A stretch of DNA of 64,000 nt from an uncultured Candidatus Berkelbacteria bacterium (lineage in GTDB: Bacteria > Patescibacteriota > UBA1384 > UBA12157), in assembly GCA_903877885.1 (NCBI GenBank), contig CAIRFN010000007.1:111-64110 (forward strand), in the 5' to 3' direction. The notes under the pieces were generated by a model, which was not told the DNA's origin, ran no database searches, and saw nothing but the letters and a program-made list of their open reading frames with translations. Of the stretch, positions 29,075 to 39,222 are shown piece after piece. A program made the position numbers and the translations under genes. Numbering within the stretch: position 1 is the first letter of the stretch; each line of letters opens with the position of its first letter.

Positions 29075-30388
29075 TTAATCGCCAGATTTTAACAATCTGA
29101 TAATATCCTGTTGTAAATTGGCTTTGACAAAGATTGGCTGCCAATGTTCAGCCGTGTCTTTGCCAGTATCGTAGGGTAAGACATAAGTCGAATTTTTGCT
29201 CAAATGTTTGATGATATCCAGACCACTTTGGCGCTCGTAGTCTTCGACTTTTGTGCGTTGTATGTCAGACATCTTGGTTTTTCGAACATGACCGCGAACC
29301 GCATGCGGCGATTTAAAGTTATTTGTGCATTCTTTGCGAATCGGTTTTAGTTCATCGGTTTTGAGAACTTTAGTAGAAATAGTCCGCTGAATGTAGATAA
29401 ACCGTGGTTTGTATTCGGAAATTAGCCGAACACCATAGGTTTTGGCTGGTTTCCAATCCTGGCGCGCCTGACTTCGATCATTAACTTTAACTTCCTTGGC
29501 TGTGCATAAGTCATGATAGATCAGCCAAGCAATAAAGTAAGCGAAATTGTAAGGACGGCCGCCATGGTCCATACCGATAGAAGTAAGAACATCGGGATCA
29601 ACGGCAACCATTGTCAATGAACCATAAGTGAATTCGGCTTTAATCATTAAGCCAAAATCGCCGGTCCCATACATCTGTTTGGGTTTAATTTTAACCCATT
29701 TGAGAATCGGATAACCGTGAATAACCACCTCGGTCCCGTCTGGGTCCGGCGCGTAACGGAAATTTTCTTTCAAGTCTTGATAGAGATTAGTAATAATACG
29801 TAAATCATTGAAAATTGGAATCTGATCGACAATTTGTTCAATCTGATAAATATCCGTCGGATCCGAAATGTAATCAAGATCAGTTTCATTGTCATACCAT
29901 AGTAACTGACCTTTGACTGGCAAAATCATTGTTCGCAAATCTTCAACCGATGTAACTTGTTTGCGGAGATTTTTAAACAATGGTTTACGGCCACTATAGC
30001 CGACTAGAACTTTGGTTTCATCGCCGATCAGATAATGAATCTGAACAATGATAATGTAAAGCAAGCTGTAAATATCATCGTCACCATCCACCCGAATTTC
30101 GGCCAGAATAGTATAGAATTCATCGAGTAGACTGAACTGCCGAGTGACTTCGATTTGCTTGGCAATAAGCGAAATTTTTTCAAACAGTCGATCAATAAAC
30201 AGTTCGGCCGATTCTTGATATTTATCGTCCGACATTTCAGTCATCATCGAAGTCAAAAATTTGCCACCGGTAGCGCAATCATCAGGCACCGGCAAAGTGA
30301 TGTTCGGATTAACACAAACTTTTTGAAGTAGTCGATGAGCCGCGCTTCGCGCAAGATAAGTCTTTAAAATTTCTGGCTTCTGCCACAT
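29075..30388 (-). CDS. Hypothetical protein
   Basis: 437-aa ORF with own promoter and AGGAG RBS; PHAVRGHVR motif seen in some phage proteins. Confidence 0.7.
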   Translation of the reverse strand: MWQKPEILKTYLARSAAHRLLQKVCVNPNITLPVPDDCATGGKFLTSMMTEMSDDKYQESAELFIDRLFEKISLIAKQIEVTRQFSLLDEFYTILAEIRVDGDDDIYSLLYIIIVQIHYLIGDETKVLVGYSGRKPLFKNLRKQVTSVEDLRTMILPVKGQLLWYDNETDLDYISDPTDIYQIEQIVDQIPIFNDLRIITNLYQDLKENFRYAPDPDGTEVVIHGYPILKWVKIKPKQMYGTGDFGLMIKAEFTYGSLTMVAVDPDVLTSIGMDHGGRPYNFAYFIAWLIYHDLCTAKEVKVNDRSQARQDWKPAKTYGVRLISEYKPRFIYIQRTISTKVLKTDELKPIRKECTNNFKSPHAVRGHVRKTKMSDIQRTKVEDYERQSGLDIIKHLSKNSTYVLPYDTGKDTAEHWQPIFVKANLQQDIIRLLKSGD

Positions 30389-30538
30389 ATCAGTCTCTCC
30401 TTTTGTCTGCAGGTTGGATTGTTAAGGTCGCATCGATAATAAGTAATTTTAACACCAAAACGACTAATCGTCAAGATTTTTAGTACTAAAAAAGACTCTT
30501 TTGATATTATCGCCAGAGTCTTTTTTCTTATATTAACT

Positions 30539-31147
30539 TTAGAAGTTTAATAAGTGAGAAACTGAATTGATACCTTGTTTGGTCCGATTAATTAGATAAC
30601 CGGTAGTTCCCAAACCAGCGACCAATAATGAAACAGCCACGTCCGCACCAGTTTTTGGCAAAGTGCCAGAACTGACCGGAGTACCAATTTTCACAACATT
30701 ACTGTTGGAGTTGGCATTGCTGTTCTTGCTGGTTTTATTGCTGGTTGAAGAAGATTTCTTGCTACCAGCAGTAGATTTGGCATTAGCAGTTGCTGAAGCC
30801 GAACCAGAAGCAGAACCAGAACCAATGTTAATAACATTGTTATTGGCATTAGCGTTAGCATTACTATTAGCATTGTTGTTGCCAGTAGTAGTCGCCAACT
30901 GGTGACTGGTTTGATGAGTAGAAGTGGTGTTGTTGGCCGCAGTTGATTTAGCGGTCGAATCAGCATCGGCTGAACCTTTAGCTGAGCCTGAACCAACGTT
31001 GATAACATTGTTGTTAGCATTTGAGCTAGCATTAGAGTTAGCATTATTGTTGGTAATTACAGCATCACTAGCATATGAAATGCCAGTAGTTGCCAATAGA
31101 CACAAAGCCATGGCCACTGCCACGAAAGTTTTGTTAGTTTTGTTCAT
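30539..31147 (-). CDS. Secreted Asn/Ser/Ala-rich protein with LPKTG cell-wall-anchor-like motif
   Basis: Signal peptide, NNNANSNA repeats, LPKTG + hydrophobic segment + basic residues. Confidence 0.75.
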   Translation of the reverse strand: MNKTNKTFVAVAMALCLLATTGISYASDAVITNNNANSNASSNANNNVINVGSGSAKGSADADSTAKSTAANNTTSTHQTSHQLATTTGNNNANSNANANANNNVINIGSGSASGSASATANAKSTAGSKKSSSTSNKTSKNSNANSNSNVVKIGTPVSSGTLPKTGADVAVSLLVAGLGTTGYLINRTKQGINSVSHLLNF

Positions 31148-31329
31148 TTTATCCTTTCTTGGATATTATATGTTTTTTGAAATAAAATCAAATTCAAATT
31201 TACAAGACAACCCTGGAAGTTACCTTCTGATTCAAATTGACATTTTTTCGCCTTTCGACAAAGGCCTTGGGATTCTTCCCAAATTCGATTGCCTCGGAAG
31301 TTACTCCGAGGCGTTCGATCTAGAAGGAA

Positions 31330-32151
31330 TCAGCGGGCTACCGCCCAATTGTTGTTGGCGTTGCTATTAACATTTGAATTCAAGTTGTTGTTGGTTATCG
31401 GACCAACCGATCCACCGGTGGCCGATCCACCGGCTCCGCCGGTGGCAGTCGCAGACACATTGATTCGCGTCGGCGACGTTGTCGAAATACCGATCAACTG
31501 CCATGTGTTCATGGTCGCGCCATAAACACCACCCATCTGCGCGCAACCGTATTGTTGCGGTGCGAAGTTGTTCGTGATGTTATACACCACGATTGGTTGC
31601 ATCGGCGGTTGCGGTTGAGGCAGCGTAACTTGTTTTTCGATAACCCGCTCGATCACTCTTGTCTCACCAGGGTCACCTTTATCGCCTTGTTTACCTGTCG
31701 CCCCGACTAATCCCTGAATCACTGTCGTCGTATTCTTTTGAACGACGATTGTTTCAGGTTTGTCAAGCTTGCCATAGAAGAGAATCGCGTTACCGCGGAT
31801 CCCCTTCTGGGCATGCAGGAAATGGCCGTCGCCCGTCTGAAAGGTTACTCCAACCATTTGGGCTGACTCTTGCGGCGTGACATCCGGCCAAGGGACAGCA
31901 TCGTCCGGAGCAATACCCCACCGAAATTTGCCATTGGCACCAACCGGCAGATTTTCTTCAACACCTTCGTGTTTTGTAAAAAAATCCTTCGGCAGGCCAA
32001 ACCAATGAGCAAACCCAGTGTATCGCGCATCGGTACGAACCTCACTGACTGTGAGTTTCGCACGCTGTTCGGTCACATAGCCAGGCACACTAGCCTGGAC
32101 AAGGGTTACTGCCATTACGGCTAGCAGCAAAGCCATCACCAGATTTTTCAT
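31330..32151 (-). CDS. Secreted protein with short collagen-like Gly-X-Y stretch
   Basis: Signal peptide; GLVGATGKQGDKGDPGE; Asn-rich C-terminus. Confidence 0.7.
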   Translation of the reverse strand: MKNLVMALLLAVMAVTLVQASVPGYVTEQRAKLTVSEVRTDARYTGFAHWFGLPKDFFTKHEGVEENLPVGANGKFRWGIAPDDAVPWPDVTPQESAQMVGVTFQTGDGHFLHAQKGIRGNAILFYGKLDKPETIVVQKNTTTVIQGLVGATGKQGDKGDPGETRVIERVIEKQVTLPQPQPPMQPIVVYNITNNFAPQQYGCAQMGGVYGATMNTWQLIGISTTSPTRINVSATATGGAGGSATGGSVGPITNNNLNSNVNSNANNNWAVAR

Positions 32152-32154
32152 CGA

Positions 32155-33504
32155 CTAATCCTCCTCAATCGTGATGAAATCCGTTTTTATCGTGGGTATT
32201 TCACCACGATAAATATGTATTTCCAGGATATTCACATCCGCGTTGGTACACTGGACGGAATTCGCCGTAGCCGTGGCATAAGCAAGGACGGCACCAGTCT
32301 TATGGTCACAGAGTGAGATACACTGCGGTTTAGCCATTAACTGGTAAAACCACTTACTATTGACCAACTGAGTTGGGCATTTTATATTCTTAATGCCCTT
32401 CCAGATAACGACTGTGACACTCAAATTGAGTGTAACTAACTCTTCAGACGGTTGCGTTTTTATAACAGTTGATACGCTCGCCGTCGCTGTCGATGATGCA
32501 GTCGCGGTTACACTCACCGATGAAGATGAGCTTACTCGTACTTGTCCATCAACATGAATTGTTGGCGGAATATTCGATTCCACCTGCGGTACTGTTGGCA
32601 CAATTGCCTGCGGTACAGCTGGCGGACCAAGTGGTTCTCCTTGCGGCATTGGTGGCTCGATTTTCTGTGGTACCACCACCGGCGGCAACGGAATCGGAAT
32701 CGGAACTGGAGTTGGCGGCGGCGCTTGTTGACTTGGACTTGGCGGCGGTTGGGTATGATTATTAGTCATACCAGCCACTGTGTTATTCAAAGCCACCACA
32801 GCCGGATCAGGTGTTGCCCAACTGGGCACAAAACCTCTAAGATACGTAAATGTCGTATGATCGCCGTCAATAGTATTCGGTATTTGGTCGAAATCAGGCA
32901 TTGCCTGCTGGACCATAATATCGAATCCGACTGTTACCTTGCGAGTTGAGTCATAAGTAATCGGAATAATTACGATTGTGATTTTATTATGTTTATCACA
33001 AACCGCGACTTTCCATTCTAGACTTGACATCTCACCAGGCGTTAACGCGACTGCAATATCGCGCGACTCATAGACATCCTTATCTTTCGCCTTTTTCTTT
33101 GGCATTAGAACTTTACATTTCATTAACACCGGCTCATTGCCGATAGGTAATGATAATGAATAGCCCTTATTGACAAAAAAATTAGTCTGCCAAACAGTGT
33201 TGCCACCATCTGGCGTCATAATCGCCTCTTCGATTTTTCCACCTTCGATACCGACAGTGGAAAGCGAAACTTCGTAAGACATCGATGAATGCGCTGTTAC
33301 CACAGTTAAAACATTCATCTTGGTGCTTGTACCACCGACCGGACGACCAAAGTGCTTGGCATTACAACGTGACGAAAGCCCAGTTAGGTCAGTCCATTCA
33401 GTGATGGAAATTCCACCACTCCATTGAAAGTCTTGCGCCAGAATCGGCGCTACTGTAATCGCTATGATTACAGCAAGAAACCAAATTTTCAAATTACCTC
33501 GCAT
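32155..33504 (-). CDS. Secreted proline-rich hypothetical protein
   Basis: Signal peptide, Pro-rich linker; GAGGAGG RBS. Confidence 0.7.
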   Translation of the reverse strand: MRGNLKIWFLAVIIAITVAPILAQDFQWSGGISITEWTDLTGLSSRCNAKHFGRPVGGTSTKMNVLTVVTAHSSMSYEVSLSTVGIEGGKIEEAIMTPDGGNTVWQTNFFVNKGYSLSLPIGNEPVLMKCKVLMPKKKAKDKDVYESRDIAVALTPGEMSSLEWKVAVCDKHNKITIVIIPITYDSTRKVTVGFDIMVQQAMPDFDQIPNTIDGDHTTFTYLRGFVPSWATPDPAVVALNNTVAGMTNNHTQPPPSPSQQAPPPTPVPIPIPLPPVVVPQKIEPPMPQGEPLGPPAVPQAIVPTVPQVESNIPPTIHVDGQVRVSSSSSVSVTATASSTATASVSTVIKTQPSEELVTLNLSVTVVIWKGIKNIKCPTQLVNSKWFYQLMAKPQCISLCDHKTGAVLAYATATANSVQCTNADVNILEIHIYRGEIPTIKTDFITIEED

Positions 33505-33721
33505 GTCGATACCTCCTCAACTGAATTTCGATTGCGAATTTTTTTGCCAAAAGATTTTGGCCTTGTTAAAGGGCGGAGATCTTTTTGGCGAAAGATTAGC
33601 CGGAGTAAGGGACGAGGGGCAGACCCAATATAATAAGGGTCAACTCTCCACAAACCCCAGCTAATCTTTTGTCAAAAAGAAGGGCACCTTGGCCCTCTCC
33701 TTTTTTTATTTTCAACACTAA

Positions 33722-33750
33722 ATTGTAACACAAACCGACTGGTTTGTCAA
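33722..33750 (-). promoter_or_regulatory. Sigma70-type promoter
   Basis: TTGACA-17-TACAAT on minus strand, overlapping cysS stop. Confidence 0.7.
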
Positions 33751-35102
33751 GGTTTATTTAGTATTTTTGTGCCTTCAGCCGTGTCTTCGATATTAATGCC
33801 TTGCTCGGCCAACTCGCTTCTTATTTTATCAGATTTAGCCCAATCACCAACCTTGCGCGCCGCTTCGCGTTCTTCAACCATTGATTTTTGTTCGACAGAT
33901 AATTCGGTTTTAGCCTCTTTTTGAATTAAGTCCAAACCCAAAACCCTATCCATTTCAGCAACGGTTGCTAGCTTATCTTCAGGGCTAATTTTGTCATCGC
34001 GAACCAATTCCCAAAGAACTGACAATGCCCCTGGCGAATCTAAATCATTAGCCATTTTAAGGTTAAACTGGCCAGAATATTCAGTGTTAATACTACCAAT
34101 ATTTACATCAAAATCCTCGATTATCCGCTTTAATCTGGTTCGCGCGTTTCTGGCACCTTCCAGACCATCCCAGGTAAAATTCATTTTAGTTCGATAATGG
34201 GCCCCTAAGCAAAGATAACGAAAATCGAGCCCGGAAAAACCCTTAGCTTTGATATCGTTTAAAGTATAGAAATTATTTAAGGATTTGCTCATCTTCTTGT
34301 TGTCAACCAAAAGATGTTCGTTGTGGAGCCAGTAATTAACAAATTTAACCCCGGTTTTGCCTTCAGATTGAGCAATTTCGTTTTCATGGTGCGGAAAAAT
34401 ATTATCAACGCCGCCGGTATGAATATCTAGAGTGTTACCCAAAATATCCATCGACATCGCCGAGCATTCAATACTCCAACCAGGCCGACCTTTACCAAGT
34501 GACGTTTCCCAAAAAATCTCGCCGTCAGCTTCGTCCCAAGCTTTCCATAAAACAAAATCAGCCGGGTTTTCCTTGTCATATTCGTCTTGATTGACTCTAG
34601 CACCAGGCTTTAAACTAGTCTGATCCAAATGCGCCAATTTACCATATTCAGGAAATTTGGCAATCGAAAAATAAATTGAACCGTCGCTGGTTTTATAGGC
34701 CAAACCTTTTTCCAGCAATACTTCGATAAATTTAACCATTTTGTCAACGTATTTAGTCGCGTTAGTCACCACATTTGGCTTCAGATTATTAATTTGGGAA
34801 AAATCAGACCAAAACTGGTCTTCATATTTTTTAATCACCTGCTCAAATTCCGCCCTCTTGCCCTCGCCTTTTTTGATTGTTTTATCGTCAATATCAGTAA
34901 TATTCATCACCCGATTCAGATCGTATCCGGCGTGAGTCAAAACTCTGGTCAAAAGATCAGCAAAAATATAGGCGCGCAAATTGCCAATGTGAACCGAGTC
35001 GTAAACCGTTGGACCGCAAGTGTAAAGTTTAACTTTACCCGGTTCGATTGGTTTAAAATCTTCGATTTTACGATCTAAGGTATTAAAAAATTTAATCGTC
35101 AA
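33747..35102 (-). CDS. cysS: Cysteinyl-tRNA synthetase
   Basis: YTCGPTVY, HIGN, GRPGWSIEC, FPHHENE, KMSKS. Confidence 0.97.
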   Translation of the reverse strand: MTIKFFNTLDRKIEDFKPIEPGKVKLYTCGPTVYDSVHIGNLRAYIFADLLTRVLTHAGYDLNRVMNITDIDDKTIKKGEGKRAEFEQVIKKYEDQFWSDFSQINNLKPNVVTNATKYVDKMVKFIEVLLEKGLAYKTSDGSIYFSIAKFPEYGKLAHLDQTSLKPGARVNQDEYDKENPADFVLWKAWDEADGEIFWETSLGKGRPGWSIECSAMSMDILGNTLDIHTGGVDNIFPHHENEIAQSEGKTGVKFVNYWLHNEHLLVDNKKMSKSLNNFYTLNDIKAKGFSGLDFRYLCLGAHYRTKMNFTWDGLEGARNARTRLKRIIEDFDVNIGSINTEYSGQFNLKMANDLDSPGALSVLWELVRDDKISPEDKLATVAEMDRVLGLDLIQKEAKTELSVEQKSMVEEREAARKVGDWAKSDKIRSELAEQGINIEDTAEGTKILNKP

Positions 35103-35331
35103 ATTTATCTTCTTCCTCTTCGTCAGCCTCTTCTAATGGCACGATTTCAATCTCACCATCTTTTTGAACCATATCTTTCGGATACGATTCCAAATCTTCA
35201 TCGTCAAATTCATCATAAGCGGAATTACCTTCCGAAAAAACACCACCGCAAATGTCGCAAATATCCCCAATTGGACCTTTTTCGCCACATTCACAGACAC
35301 CTTCTAAAAGTTGATCTTCTGTCATTTCCAT
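35092..35331 (-). CDS. Small acidic protein with CxC...CxxC putative metal site
   Basis: CECG...CDICGG; GGGAG RBS; overlaps cysS start. Confidence 0.65.
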   Translation of the reverse strand: MEMTEDQLLEGVCECGEKGPIGDICDICGGVFSEGNSAYDEFDDEDLESYPKDMVQKDGEIEIVPLEEADEEEEDKFDD

Positions 35332-35351
35332 CTCCCTTTATTAATTATTTA

Positions 35352-35417
35352 ATGCAGAATGCAGAATTAATTAATTTATTTTTTAATTCTTTTATTCTGA
35401 ATTCTGAATTATCTAAT
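35352..35417. repeat. Heptamer-periodic AT-rich intergenic repeat
   Basis: ATGCAGAATGCAGAATTAATTAAT...TTCTGAATTCTGAATTATC; related copy at 39233-39279. Confidence 0.6.
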
Positions 35418-35419
35418 TA

Positions 35420-36022
35420 TTAATATTCTTTTCTTCCCTCTAATGCTCTAGTTAGAGTGATTTCATCGGCATATTCCAGATCGCCACCAACCGGCAAACC
35501 TCTGGCAATCCGGGTCACCTTAACTTTGAAGCCTTTTTTATGTATTTGGCTATCCAAATACATACTGGTCGCTTCCCCTTCCAATGATGGGTCGGTAGCC
35601 AAAATCACCTCTTTAATTTCGGGGTTCTTCTCGATTTTAGCTAAAAACTCCGCAATACGCAAATTTTCCGGGCCAATACCATCGATCGGCGAAATTACCC
35701 CGCCTAATGTAAAGTATAAACCATCGTAATCGGTCTTTTCCAGTGCCACAATGTCAAGAGGTTCCTCCACTACCATAATTTTAGTTTTATCGCGTTGAGG
35801 ATTAGCGCAAATTTCGCACGGTTCGCTTTCAGTAATATTAAAACATTCGGAACAATATTTTAGGTTTTTCTTGAGATTTGAAACCGCCTCGCCCAGGTTT
35901 TTAATATCATAATCAGGTTTATTAAGTAAATAAAAAGTCAGCCGCCCGGCGGTTTTAGGCCCAATTCCAGGCAGTTTTCCAAATTCTTCAATTAAATTTT
36001 CGATCGATTTCGGTAACCGCAT
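35420..36022 (-). CDS. recR: Recombination mediator RecR
   Basis: LPGIGPKTAGRL, C4 zinc finger, GGVISPIDGIGP, EGEAT, RGLPVGGDLEYAD. Confidence 0.97.
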   Translation of the reverse strand: MRLPKSIENLIEEFGKLPGIGPKTAGRLTFYLLNKPDYDIKNLGEAVSNLKKNLKYCSECFNITESEPCEICANPQRDKTKIMVVEEPLDIVALEKTDYDGLYFTLGGVISPIDGIGPENLRIAEFLAKIEKNPEIKEVILATDPSLEGEATSMYLDSQIHKKGFKVKVTRIARGLPVGGDLEYADEITLTRALEGRKEY

Positions 36023-36181
36023 ATATTGAATATATAAATTACTGGATGTTTTAGCAAGGGGCATTTTCCACCACCGCCACTTCGGAAGTGGAGGTGAGGT
36101 TTGAGCCCCGTCCTCTTGACTTTTGAGGGATTTTGGAGTATGATATTATATTGAATCTGGAAATCGAAAAGGAGGAAATAG

Positions 36182-36403
36182 ATGAAAGATTGTATGGACA
36201 TCACGTCCCCAAAGGGGACAAAAGTCCGGTTTTCCTACCCTAAAAATGGGTATGACAGTGACCAGGCCACGGCTAAAAAACATTTAACTGTCGGTCAGGT
36301 CTATACCGTGGACCACACCGTGGTTCACGACTGGCACACTGAAGTCTTTCTCCAGGAAAAGCCTGGAGTAAGCTTCAATCACGTGCATTTTGCGAAAGCA
36401 TAG
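36182..36403 (+). CDS. Small hypothetical protein
   Basis: TTGACT-17-TATGAT promoter, AGGAGG RBS, downstream terminator. Confidence 0.7.
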   Translation: MKDCMDITSPKGTKVRFSYPKNGYDSDQATAKKHLTVGQVYTVDHTVVHDWHTEVFLQEKPGVSFNHVHFAKA

Positions 36404-36566
36404 GCACATTCTAACAGCCCGCGAAAAGACCCGTGAAGACATAAATTTATTTTTATTTCTTCATCCCGTCTTCGCGGGTTTTTTCGTATTTAAAAAATAC
36501 ACTTACTCTTGACAAATGACGGATTTTACCATATAATTGCTATATCAAAATCCAGAGGAGGACGTT

Positions 36567-36869
36567 ATGTCTTTACGACCATTTCACGAAACGATTGTGG
36601 ATGCCATTAAGCGATGCAAGCCCAGTCCATCTGCTGGCGAGATTCTTCATCTCCATCGATTGATTATGGACACCAAAATCCCGTCAAATCACGATGCAAT
36701 CCTGGAAGCGCTTCGCAAATATTGGGATTTCCCAGGATCCAGTAAATGGGGCCTCGAAATTCAGGACGTTGAAAAATCTCTGCGTGAGCAGAAGCAGAAA
36801 CATCTCGAAGAACAGGCTGAACACCAGCCGAAAATGACCGAAGAGGAAGACTACCGTCTGCGTCGATAA
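36567..36869 (+). CDS. Hypothetical protein
   Basis: TTGACA-17-TATAAT promoter at 36509, GGAGG RBS before ATG 36567. Confidence 0.7.
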   Translation: MSLRPFHETIVDAIKRCKPSPSAGEILHLHRLIMDTKIPSNHDAILEALRKYWDFPGSSKWGLEIQDVEKSLREQKQKHLEEQAEHQPKMTEEEDYRLRR

Positions 36870-37013
36870 AATATAACCAATAACCCGCGAAAGCGGCGGA
36901 AAAGCCCGCCCTCTAGTTCGCGGGTTTTTTCGTACTTAAAAATATAAAATTTATATCTTTTCATACCTTTCCATCCACCTCGTAGGTGGAACAATAGGTT
37001 TAGTAACCAGTTA

Positions 37014-37055
37014 CTGGATTCTTGATGTCGAGTGCCACTCGGCTCTAGAATGACA
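37014..37055 (-). repeat. TGTCAT-tagged palindromic repeat, subtype B
   Basis: CTGGATTCTTGATGTCGAGTGCCACTCGGCTCTAGAATGACA. Confidence 0.93.
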
Positions 37056-37068
37056 ACTATAATGAGAA

Positions 37069-39222
37069 CTATTCTTTACACACTGGGCATTGGAGTTCGC
37101 CCTTGGGAGTTTTGGTCATTATACCCTTACATTTTGGGCATTTTTCAGTCGTTGGTTCATTCCAAAATGCGGTTTTGCACTCTGGATAACCTTCGCAACC
37201 CCAAAACATGCGGCCGCGTTTACTGCGGCGTTTTAATAATTTTTTACCGCAATTTGGGCAAGGCACTTCTGCCGCCGGTGCCAAACTCTTAGTTTGTTTA
37301 CATTCCGGGTAACCTGAACAAGCCAAAAATGCACCAAAACGCGATTGCTTTAAAACCATTGGTTTACCGCACTTTTCGCATTTTTCCTCACTCGCCTTTT
37401 CCGCCGCTTCTTGAGTTTTAGCATCAAGTAAAGGTTTAGTATATTTACAATCCGGGTATTTTGAGCAGGAATAAAATCGGCCAAAACGACCGTGTTTGAT
37501 TACCACTGGTGCGCCACAGTCAGGACAAATTTCATCGGTTTCTTCATCCAGATTTTCTTTCACCACGCTTTTGGTTTTTTCTTCCAAGTGTTTTTCAAAC
37601 GGTTCATAAAAATCTTTAATCACTGGTTGCCAACCAACTTTACCTTCGGCAATATCATCAAACTGATCTTCAATCTTGGCCGTAAAATCAAAATCCACAA
37701 TCTCAGGAAAATGCTCGACTAAAATATCGTTAACCCGAACACCAATTTCCAAAGGTTTCAACCGACCTTCCAATTTTTCGACATAACCACGTTCTTGAAT
37801 TGTCGATATGGTTGGCGCGTAAGTTGACGGTCGACCAATCCCCCGTTTTTCCAGTTCTTTTACCAAGGTGCCTTCAGAGTAACGAGCCGGCGGCTCGGTA
37901 AAATGCTGAAGTTTTTCCAATTTTTCTAAATCTAATTTTTCATCAACCTTAAGCGGTGGCAATTGCTGGCTAGCGCGATCATCATCTTCGATATTATAAA
38001 CTTTCAAAAAACCGTCGAATTTAATTTTTGAGCCATTAGCGTTAAAACCGTATTTACCAGCGCTAATTTTGGCTTGAGTTTCGGCAAATACAGCTTCCGG
38101 CATTTGGCTAGCCATAAAACGCTGCCAAATCAATTTATACATTCGCTCGCTTTGACTATCTAATTTGACTGCTTCCGGGCGCAAACCTGGTTCAGTTGGA
38201 CGAATTGCTTCGTGCGCTTCTTGGGCGCCTTTGGATTTGGTTTTGAAAAATCGCGGCGAAGTTAAGGCGTATTTATCGCCAAATTCTCTTTTCAAAACTT
38301 CGGCCGCTTCTTTGGCCGCAATCGGCGAAATATTAACCGAATCGGTACGCATGTAAGTGATTAAACCGTCTTCATAGAGTTTTTGAGCCAGGCGCATGGT
38401 TTGCTTGGCCGAATAACCTAATTTATGGCCAGCGTCTTGTTGCAAAGTACTGGTTGTAAATGGCGGCAACGGATTGCGAACTCGGTCTTTTTCTTCCAAA
38501 CTTTTAATAATATATTCTGCTTTTTCCAAATCAGCTAAGATTTTTTGGGCATCAACATCGGCACAAATTGCCATTTTGTCGATTTTTTTACTATCAATCT
38601 CGGTTAAAATCGCTTTAAACGGTTTTTTGATAGTCGATAACATGGCTTCAATTGACCAATATTCTTCAGATTTAAAATTTTCCACTTCCCGCTCGCGCTC
38701 GACAATCAACCGCAAAGCCACAGATTGGACCCGGCCAGCCGAAAGGCCGCGAGCCACTTTGGCCCATAAAAATGGCGAAAGTTTATAACCAACCAACCGA
38801 TCCAGAACCCGGCGAGCCTGTTGAGCATCAACCAGGTTCAAATCAATCTGACGCGGATTTTTAACCGCTTCCAAAATCGCAGGTTTAGTAATTTCGTGAA
38901 AAGTGATTCGTTTAGTATTTTTATCTTTCAAACCAGTTGCTTGGACAATATGCCACGCAATCGCCTCCCCTTCGCGGTCATAGTCAGTAGCAAGATAAAC
39001 AGTATCGGCTTTAGCTATCGCCTCTTTCAAGGCTTTGATGGTTTTTTTGGCTCCAGCCGGAATAATATAACTTGGTTTGAAATTATCTTTAACATCAACG
39101 CCGATTTTACTTTTCGGTAAATCGCGGACATGACCAAAAGAGGCCAGAACCTTATAGTCCTTGCCTAAATACTTTTCAATTGTTTTGCCTTTTGCCGGCG
39201 ACTCAACGATAACTAAATTCAT
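37069..39222 (-). CDS. topA: DNA topoisomerase I
   Basis: LVIVESPAK, ATDYDREGEAI, SAGRVQS, ITYMRTDS, GIGRPSTY, C-terminal zinc ribbons. Confidence 0.98.
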   Translation of the reverse strand: MNLVIVESPAKGKTIEKYLGKDYKVLASFGHVRDLPKSKIGVDVKDNFKPSYIIPAGAKKTIKALKEAIAKADTVYLATDYDREGEAIAWHIVQATGLKDKNTKRITFHEITKPAILEAVKNPRQIDLNLVDAQQARRVLDRLVGYKLSPFLWAKVARGLSAGRVQSVALRLIVEREREVENFKSEEYWSIEAMLSTIKKPFKAILTEIDSKKIDKMAICADVDAQKILADLEKAEYIIKSLEEKDRVRNPLPPFTTSTLQQDAGHKLGYSAKQTMRLAQKLYEDGLITYMRTDSVNISPIAAKEAAEVLKREFGDKYALTSPRFFKTKSKGAQEAHEAIRPTEPGLRPEAVKLDSQSERMYKLIWQRFMASQMPEAVFAETQAKISAGKYGFNANGSKIKFDGFLKVYNIEDDDRASQQLPPLKVDEKLDLEKLEKLQHFTEPPARYSEGTLVKELEKRGIGRPSTYAPTISTIQERGYVEKLEGRLKPLEIGVRVNDILVEHFPEIVDFDFTAKIEDQFDDIAEGKVGWQPVIKDFYEPFEKHLEEKTKSVVKENLDEETDEICPDCGAPVVIKHGRFGRFYSCSKYPDCKYTKPLLDAKTQEAAEKASEEKCEKCGKPMVLKQSRFGAFLACSGYPECKQTKSLAPAAEVPCPNCGKKLLKRRSKRGRMFWGCEGYPECKTAFWNEPTTEKCPKCKGIMTKTPKGELQCPVCKE

